From: a bacterium
GTDB lineage: Bacteria > Fidelibacterota > Marinisomatia > Marinisomatales > UBA1611
Reading direction: 5' to 3'
Assembly (NCBI GenBank): GCA_038127595.1
Contig: JAYPIC010000009.1
Coordinates: 1-43,774 of the forward strand
DNA: 43,774 bases
In this document: positions 37,827-43,774 of the stretch, one piece after another
How positions within the stretch are numbered: position 1 is the stretch's first letter
Layout: every line of letters begins with the position of its first letter
Program-made: the position numbers and the translations under genes
The notes under the pieces: generated by a model
Told to the model about the DNA's origin: nothing
The model's input: the letters and a program-made list of their open reading frames with translations, nothing else
The model's database searches: none

Positions 37827-39092
37827 TTATTTTATCCGCGCAAAAAGCGAATCTAATACCTTTTTACCATTGCTACGTAGTGCATTATGTTCAAAAAATT
37901 CTGTCTCCCACACAATCATATTTGGTATGATATCAGCTAATTCCATAGAGAATTCTCTATCAACATACATATCATTTGTATAGACTGCAGCAGCAATAGG
38001 TACTCGATTTTCCCTTAATTTTTCTTCATCATATAATAAAGGCCAGTTTTGTTTTTTTGCAAGTATATCAGCTGCCTTTTTAAAGGGCATTAAAGATTTA
38101 TAATCATCTAACATCCAAGGGTATAACATCTCTCCCGTGAAAAAGAAATCGCCATTTTTATCATACATAAATTCTGGATATTCTTTTAATATACGTTGTG
38201 CAGACCATTCAGTTGAAAAGCCTTGAGCATAGCATGCTTCATGAAGAACCGTAAAGATAGGATTCGTATCAAAAGTTTGTAAGGAAAAGACTTGTTTCAA
38301 AAAGTATTCAGATAATTTTCCATTAACGAACGCTCTTTCAAATAGAAAATTAAGTGTCGCCATGCCATCACTAAAACCTAGGTTAAGCCCAAGTTGTTGA
38401 AATCTCCTTAAAGACAAAATATCTCCATTAGGAAGTTTTACATCATTTTCAGAAATAAAATCTGCAATTTTTTTAGCATTGATCTTCGCCTGAGGGAAAA
38501 TTTCATAAAATAGCTTATTCTTTTTCAATACTCTTTTATAGGTCGCACGGTATATTTCATCTGGATGAGCATTTAATGGCGGAATTCCTCCTGTAATAAA
38601 TACTTTATCTAGACGCTCAGGGAAAAAGGATAAATAATTCATAGCGCAAAAACCCCCAAAACTTTGACCTAGAACAGACCATTTGTTAACACTAAATATA
38701 TTTTCTCGAATGTACTCTGCATCTCTTATGATATTATCTGCCCTAAAAAATGATAAATATTCAGCTAGATACTTGTCTTCCATGTTTTTAATTGATTCTG
38801 AGCATATAGGCGAACTTAGACCAGTTCCTCTCTGGTCAATTAATAATACATTATAATCCTTAGTAGCTCTTTTTATCCATCCAGAATCACTTATTGGCCT
38901 AGGAGATTCATATCCCGGACCGCCCTGAAAAAAAATCAAGTACGGTAAACTTTTTTGAATACTTTCTTGTCTTGAAACTTTTCTAATAAAAATATTAATC
39001 TTTCTATCTTCGGGACTATCATAATTTAGAGGGACCTCTATATTATGATCAGTTATGACCATATTCTCATATTTATTCAAATTTACGTTCAT
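37827..39092 (-). CDS. pip: Proline iminopeptidase (alpha/beta hydrolase, S33)
   Basis: VPLNY..P, FQGGPG.ESPRP, DQRGTGLS, FRADNI.RDAE, GQSFGG, DMYVD, EHNAL. Confidence 0.92.
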   Translation of the reverse strand: MNVNLNKYENMVITDHNIEVPLNYDSPEDRKINIFIRKVSRQESIQKSLPYLIFFQGGPGYESPRPISDSGWIKRATKDYNVLLIDQRGTGLSSPICSESIKNMEDKYLAEYLSFFRADNIIRDAEYIRENIFSVNKWSVLGQSFGGFCAMNYLSFFPERLDKVFITGGIPPLNAHPDEIYRATYKRVLKKNKLFYEIFPQAKINAKKIADFISENDVKLPNGDILSLRRFQQLGLNLGFSDGMATLNFLFERAFVNGKLSEYFLKQVFSLQTFDTNPIFTVLHEACYAQGFSTEWSAQRILKEYPEFMYDKNGDFFFTGEMLYPWMLDDYKSLMPFKKAADILAKKQNWPLLYDEEKLRENRVPIAAAVYTNDMYVDREFSMELADIIPNMIVWETEFFEHNALRSNGKKVLDSLFARIK

Positions 39093-39214
39093 TTATGGGT
39101 CCTTAATCCTGGATGACTTTTTTAATTCAACATTACAAATAACAAATAATATTAAATTACTATTTAATGATATATAATTTTTAGAAATATTTATAACTCC
39201 CCCAAATGTAGCAC

Positions 39215-39760
39215 ATGCCCCAAAAAGATTTACTTCTATTAAAAAAGGTTAAAGATTCTGATAAAAATGCATTCAAAGAACTTTTTTTTAGTTATCATGA
39301 CACGCTTTTCAGATTTGTATTATACAAAATACAAGATGATGACATTGCTGAAGACATTACTCAGGAAACGTTTTTGCGTGTTTGGAATACGAGGCATAAA
39401 CTTAAACCTAATAAAGCTTTTTTTTCTTTAATTGCCAAGATAAGTACAAATTTATGCTATGACCACTTTAGGCACGCTGAGGTCAGACAAAGACATGAAT
39501 CGCTAATCCCAGTAGAACAAAATAAAAATACCAATAAACCGGAAGAAGAAATTCTAGGCAGCTCCTTAGAAAACGAAATTCAAAAAATTGTAGAACATGA
39601 CTTACCAGAAAAATGTAGACAAGTTTTTATTTTGAGTAGAGTAGAAAATTTGTCAAACAACGAAATTTCAAAAAAATTAGGCATAAGTATTCGAACTGTT
39701 GAAAATCAAGTTTATAGGGCTATCAAAATCTTAAGAAAAAAACTAAGAAATTACATGTGA
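39215..39760 (+). CDS. ECF RNA polymerase sigma-70 factor (FecI-like)
   Basis: AEDITQETFLRVW (region 2); LPEKCRQVFILSR...SN.EI..KLGISIRTVE.Q..RA (region 4). Confidence 0.95.
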   Translation: MPQKDLLLLKKVKDSDKNAFKELFFSYHDTLFRFVLYKIQDDDIAEDITQETFLRVWNTRHKLKPNKAFFSLIAKISTNLCYDHFRHAEVRQRHESLIPVEQNKNTNKPEEEILGSSLENEIQKIVEHDLPEKCRQVFILSRVENLSNNEISKKLGISIRTVENQVYRAIKILRKKLRNYM

Positions 39761-39796
39761 GTAAAACTCTCTTAACTATCGTTAATAACTATACAA

Positions 39797-40669
39797 ATGT
39801 TAAAACTAACTAAAAAAGAGAAATTGATATGGGATTTGTGCTCAAAGATAGAGTACAAAAAAGCACCTTCTAAGCAAGATGTTTGGATGCGTTTAGAGCA
39901 ACAAATTGAAATTTCAGCTCAACCTCAAAAAATAAAAACATATAAAATTCCGATCTTTAAAAGAACTTTACTCCCAAGGCTGATAACTGCGTTTTTTATT
40001 ACAATATTAATTTCCATCCCAACTATAAAAATGCTTAATACTGTAAATATCTATTCAAGTTATGGTCATAAAACAAAAACTGTTTCATTGAACGATGGTA
40101 CAAAAGTTCATTTGAATGCTGGCACTACATTATCATATTCAAAGAATTTTAATTCAACTAGCAGAGAAGTAACTTTAAATGGAGAAGCTTATTTTGAAGT
40201 TGAAAAAGGCTCTAGCCCTTTTATTATTTCAACCGACCTTGCAAAAGTGACAGTACTTGGAACAAAATTCAATGTGCGTTCAAGAGAAGATGGATTTGAA
40301 ATTGGAGTTAATGAAGGTAAGGTAAAAATTGAAAATAAAACGAAATCTATAGATCTAAAAAAAGGTGAACAGGTTGATATCAGTATTGACCAACCAAAAA
40401 TAATCTCTGTCTCTAAAGTTTCAAATTTTTATCCAGGGTGGAAAAATAACAAACTTATTTGTGATAACAGCTCTTTAGAAAAAATTTGTAAAGAACTTGA
40501 ACGCAGGTATGATATAAAAATACAATTTCAAGATAACCTACAAAAAAACACAACTATTTCAGGTATTATTGATTTAAGCCCAAATAATTTAGATTCTGTC
40601 CTTAGCAGTATATCGCTATTGTCTAAGCGAAAGTTTAAATTACAGGGTGACTCTTACATCCTTCTTTAA
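39797..40669 (+). CDS. FecR-family anti-sigma factor
   Basis: One TM helix, then L.DGTKV.LNA.T.L...REV.L.GEAYFEV...VLGTKFNV...V.EGKV; C-terminal L..I...LERRYDI domain. Confidence 0.95.
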   Translation: MLKLTKKEKLIWDLCSKIEYKKAPSKQDVWMRLEQQIEISAQPQKIKTYKIPIFKRTLLPRLITAFFITILISIPTIKMLNTVNIYSSYGHKTKTVSLNDGTKVHLNAGTTLSYSKNFNSTSREVTLNGEAYFEVEKGSSPFIISTDLAKVTVLGTKFNVRSREDGFEIGVNEGKVKIENKTKSIDLKKGEQVDISIDQPKIISVSKVSNFYPGWKNNKLICDNSSLEKICKELERRYDIKIQFQDNLQKNTTISGIIDLSPNNLDSVLSSISLLSKRKFKLQGDSYILL

Positions 40670-43271
40670 AAATATAGCAATACTCTCGTTATTAATTTTC
40701 TCCCATATAAAGAGTAACAACCCGCAAGTCTCAATTTCTTACAATAATATTGCTATTGATAAAGCTCTTCAAAAAATAGTGACTGATTATGAAGTGCCAA
40801 TTATATATCCATCAAAAATAGCTAATCAATATGTTTCAATAGACTGTTATGACTGTGATCTAGAAACAGTATTAAACATAATATTATCTAAAATAGATTA
40901 TGATTGGAAAAAAATTGGGAATCAATACACAATATTTGAAATAGATGATGTAAAGTTTAATGTAACTGGCAGAGTGTATGATAAGAAATCCAATGAGACC
41001 ATACCGTACGCAAACATCTATATCCCACACTTAAACATTGGGACAGCCTCAGACAATGAAGGATTTTTTTCGCTATCAAACATTGAATCAAAAATATGTA
41101 CTTTACTCGTTTCTTACATAGGTTATGAAACTCACAAACAAGTGTTAACAAGATTAAAAAATGAAAATATCTTCTTAAATATATTTTTAAACCAAAAAGT
41201 ACTGAAATCAAAAAATATCTTTATAAGGGGGGTCGCGAGAGAATTCCTAAGCATAGCAAAAGATCCTGGTAAAATATCTTTTTCTCCAAGGCATGTATCA
41301 ACACTACCAACAATAGGGGAAATTGATATTTTTAGATCTCTTCAATTACTACCTGGAATTAATGCAGGGTTAGGAGGAAATGCAGAATTATACATTCGCG
41401 GAGGGCGTCCTGAACAAAATTTAATTTTAATTGATGGTATGTCTTTATATCAAGACACCCATATGTTTGGTTTTTTAAGTAGCGCTCAAGCAGCATCAAT
41501 TAAGGATGTACAGGTTTATAAAGGTGTTTACCCTGCAAGGTACGGAGGTAAGATTTCAGGATTGTTAGAGATAACAAATAAAACTGGTAGTAATTATGGA
41601 ACTAAAGCAAAAGTTTTCACAAACTTTACCATAAATAGCGCTCAGCTTGAAATGCCTATTTCATCAAATGGAAGCTTCATATTAACAGGAAGAATATGTA
41701 ATGATATCGTACCCACCAATCTCTATTCTTCAATTAAAGATTTTATAATTGGAGATGATAATTTTAACCTAATAAGTCTCTCAGCTAATCCAAACCAATC
41801 TTCAAGTTATGCACCTAAATTTAATTTTCAAGATTTTAGTGCTGTAGCGACCTATATGATTAACCCTATGAACAACGTATCATTCACTTTAATCCATGGG
41901 GAGGATAACATTGATGAGAAAAGGGAATTCTATGGTTTTGAAGATATTTTACGTTATGGCTCCTCAAAAATAGAGGAAGATACAGATTTATCTAATTCCG
42001 GAGGAATAGTGAAATGGACATATAATGCGAACCCAAAGTGGAACATTAAATTTTCTTATGCAAATACAACATACTCAAGCAAGCATTATTCAAAACTATA
42101 TGATATTTCCTCACCTATAGATGAGCTAGCTCAATCCATACAAGAGCGTAATACATTTAATGATGAATCAATCAACATTTACCAAAATATTAGAATGATA
42201 AAAAATCATATGATCCAATTCGGATATAATAGATCCGATTACAATATAAATTTGAATAATATTAGGTCTTTGAGCGAGGTTTCAGAAAAAAGCAATGCCT
42301 CTCAGCAATCTCTTTTACATTCAACATTTTTTGAAGATATTTGGACCCCAAATAAAAAATTACGTTTAGTTCTAGGACTAAGAAATACATTTTTTTCTGA
42401 AAAAAAAATGAACTATTTAGAACCTAGACTTTTTGGTACATATAAAATAAGCCCTTCTTTAACTATTAAAGGCGCCGCTGGTAAAAATAATCAGTTCATT
42501 CATCAATTTAATAATTCATTCGGTACAAGAAGCTCAAATAGTACTTGGATAATATCAGGTAAAAGAGTTCCTATTGTACGTTCATCTAATTCTCAGATAG
42601 GTATGCACTTGAAAAACCATTTTAGTGAGGTCAGCTTTTCGTTGTATACTAGAAAAAGTGAAGGACATTTTAACTTCGAAGAATATTTATCACCAATGAA
42701 TATATTATCTGATGATAGTGACATAAATAGCGATTACTTGTTTGAGAACGAGGGCAGAGAAAAAAGTGATGGAATAGAATTGTTATTGAGGAGAAAAAAC
42801 AAATCAATCAATGGGTGGATCTCCTATCATTATAATAAAACAAATTACTCATTTAATAATATCGATAATGGAAAATTTTATAAAGCTGATCATGATTTTA
42901 CCCATGAACTAAAAACAGTTTTAATTACTTCTATACTCGATTGGAATCTTACCGCCAGCTGGTCTTACTCTTCTGGAAGGTCATTCACAAACGAAGACTA
43001 TATTAACATTACTACTGATTTTAAAGTAGATATTGTTCAAGGCAAAAAAAACACATTACGATTGCCACCTTCACATCATCTTGATATTAGTATATCAAAA
43101 GATTTCAATTTGAAATATTTTAACATTAATTCAGGTCTTTCCATTTATAACGTTTACAACAGAAAAAATATTAGTCATAAGAGGTACAACCCTTTTTCAT
43201 CGGGGAAAATTATATCTAATGTTATGATGCTTGGAATAACACCAACGATATTTTTTGAAATTAACATTTAA
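40647..43271 (+). CDS. TonB-dependent transducer (STN signalling domain, CarboxypepD_reg-like domain, plug, barrel)
   Basis: N-terminal STN-like segment; GRVYD..SNETIPYANI...GT.SD.EG.F.L...SYIGY; DIFRSLQLLPG...YIRGG..QN..LIDG; YKG.YPARYGG..SG. GTG start overlaps fecR. Confidence 0.93.
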   Translation: MTLTSFFKNIAILSLLIFSHIKSNNPQVSISYNNIAIDKALQKIVTDYEVPIIYPSKIANQYVSIDCYDCDLETVLNIILSKIDYDWKKIGNQYTIFEIDDVKFNVTGRVYDKKSNETIPYANIYIPHLNIGTASDNEGFFSLSNIESKICTLLVSYIGYETHKQVLTRLKNENIFLNIFLNQKVLKSKNIFIRGVAREFLSIAKDPGKISFSPRHVSTLPTIGEIDIFRSLQLLPGINAGLGGNAELYIRGGRPEQNLILIDGMSLYQDTHMFGFLSSAQAASIKDVQVYKGVYPARYGGKISGLLEITNKTGSNYGTKAKVFTNFTINSAQLEMPISSNGSFILTGRICNDIVPTNLYSSIKDFIIGDDNFNLISLSANPNQSSSYAPKFNFQDFSAVATYMINPMNNVSFTLIHGEDNIDEKREFYGFEDILRYGSSKIEEDTDLSNSGGIVKWTYNANPKWNIKFSYANTTYSSKHYSKLYDISSPIDELAQSIQERNTFNDESINIYQNIRMIKNHMIQFGYNRSDYNINLNNIRSLSEVSEKSNASQQSLLHSTFFEDIWTPNKKLRLVLGLRNTFFSEKKMNYLEPRLFGTYKISPSLTIKGAAGKNNQFIHQFNNSFGTRSSNSTWIISGKRVPIVRSSNSQIGMHLKNHFSEVSFSLYTRKSEGHFNFEEYLSPMNILSDDSDINSDYLFENEGREKSDGIELLLRRKNKSINGWISYHYNKTNYSFNNIDNGKFYKADHDFTHELKTVLITSILDWNLTASWSYSSGRSFTNEDYINITTDFKVDIVQGKKNTLRLPPSHHLDISISKDFNLKYFNINSGLSIYNVYNRKNISHKRYNPFSSGKIISNVMMLGITPTIFFEINI

Positions 43272-43273
43272 TG

Positions 43274-43626
43274 TGGAGGCGGGGAGAATCGAACTCCCGT
43301 CCGAAATAGTTTAATGAAAAACTTCTACATGCTTAGTCTTCTAATTATTTTCTTACTCTTTTTTCTATTAGAGACCCAAATCAAAAAGAGCCAGCCTATT
43401 ATATTTCATTTCAAATTCATAGGCGGATTTGAAACTAGCTTGTATTGATGACGCTCCTTTAAAAAACTACAAGCGAATTAATTAAGAAGCGGGCTACCTC
43501 AATTAAGCTGCAGCCATATAGCCATAATCGGCATATATTGTTTTTATCAGATGATTAAGGAGGGTACTGAAATCCTCCGCATGCGATTTGGCATCTTACA
43601 TATCTCGTCGAATGCCGGTCGCCCCC
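43274..43626 (-). ncRNA. ssrA: tmRNA
   Basis: 5' GGGGGCGACCGGCATTCGAC and 3' GACGGGAGTTCGATTCTCCCCGCCTCCA form an Ala acceptor stem with G3-U; tag frame 43532-43503 encodes ADYGYMAAA-stop; full CCA not encoded. Confidence 0.97.
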
Positions 43627-43654
43627 ATTTTCAAAAAACAAAATATCTAAAAAC

Positions 43655-43692
43655 AAGAAAAGGCTTCAAACGCCAACCCGAAGCCTTCTCTT
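43655..43692 (-). terminator. Terminator-like hairpin just upstream of tmRNA
   Basis: AAGAGAAGGCUUCGGG-UUGGCG-UUUGAAGCCUUUUCUU followed by GUUUUU on the minus strand; G-U pairs form only in this orientation. Confidence 0.65.
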
Positions 43693-43774
43693 CACATACA
43701 AAAACTATCGTATGTTTCATTTATCAGCCTCTTCCTTTAAAATCTTTTTTTAAAAAAACTTTGTCAAAAGAGAC

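Noticed and set aside
39140..39185. Fur-box-like AT-rich stretch upstream of the ECF sigma gene
   Set aside because: The match to GATAATGATAATCATTATC is poor and cannot be distinguished from background.
2688..41211. Numerous 60-207 aa ORFs nested in or antisense to larger genes (e.g. 8788-9411, 21201-21512, 33652-34002)
   Set aside because: They are fully overlapped by well-supported genes and show no recognisable motifs, as expected for shadow frames.
3011..43295. Shared 13-mer GAGAATCGAACTC in tRNA-Thr and tmRNA as attL/attR of a 40-kb island
   Set aside because: It is the conserved T-arm of two intact RNA genes, the enclosed DNA holds essential housekeeping genes, and no integrase is present.
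1..43774. CRISPR arrays, transposases, prophage genes, reverse transcriptase or defence systems
   Set aside because: I saw no regularly spaced nucleotide repeats and no ORF with the corresponding motifs.

Overview
A strongly AT-rich, tightly packed bacterial chromosome segment. Gene content suggests an FCB-group marine bacterium, most likely Candidatus Marinimicrobia/SAR406; this is an inference from the alpha2-type GlyRS, Bacteroidota-like LptD, a YPNPFN C-terminal sorting domain and the tmRNA tag ADYGYMAAA. Bases 1-28.2 kb are mostly housekeeping: a thioredoxin-fold pair, a HAD hydrolase, a YidD-domain fusion, tRNA-Thr(CGU), an OstA-LptD fusion, hisS, topA, glyQS, ggt, an M20 amidohydrolase, PNP, rlmN, MoxR/DUF58, PfkB, iscS-mnmA, rsfS and argS. 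Bases 28.2-43.3 kb are a cell-surface locus. Its minus-strand run encodes a proline iminopeptidase, an SH3 lipoprotein, a PEGA protein, a CsgG-like/DUF5683 protein, a cohesin-domain lipoprotein and a 2143-aa repeat adhesin with a dockerin-like motif and sorting domain. This run is divergent from an ECF sigma/FecR/TonB-dependent transducer triad, which is followed by tmRNA. The two best candidates for undescribed systems are (1) an adjacent cohesin-lipoprotein/dockerin-adhesin pair that suggests cellulosome-like anchoring of a non-catalytic surface protein, and (2) a stand-alone small transcription unit at about 1.02-1.22 kb with a 15-nt perfect complement of the canonical 16S rRNA 3' tail, a 15-codon ORF ending in Ala-Ala and switchable hairpins. 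All family assignments come from motif recognition by eye; no database searches were run.
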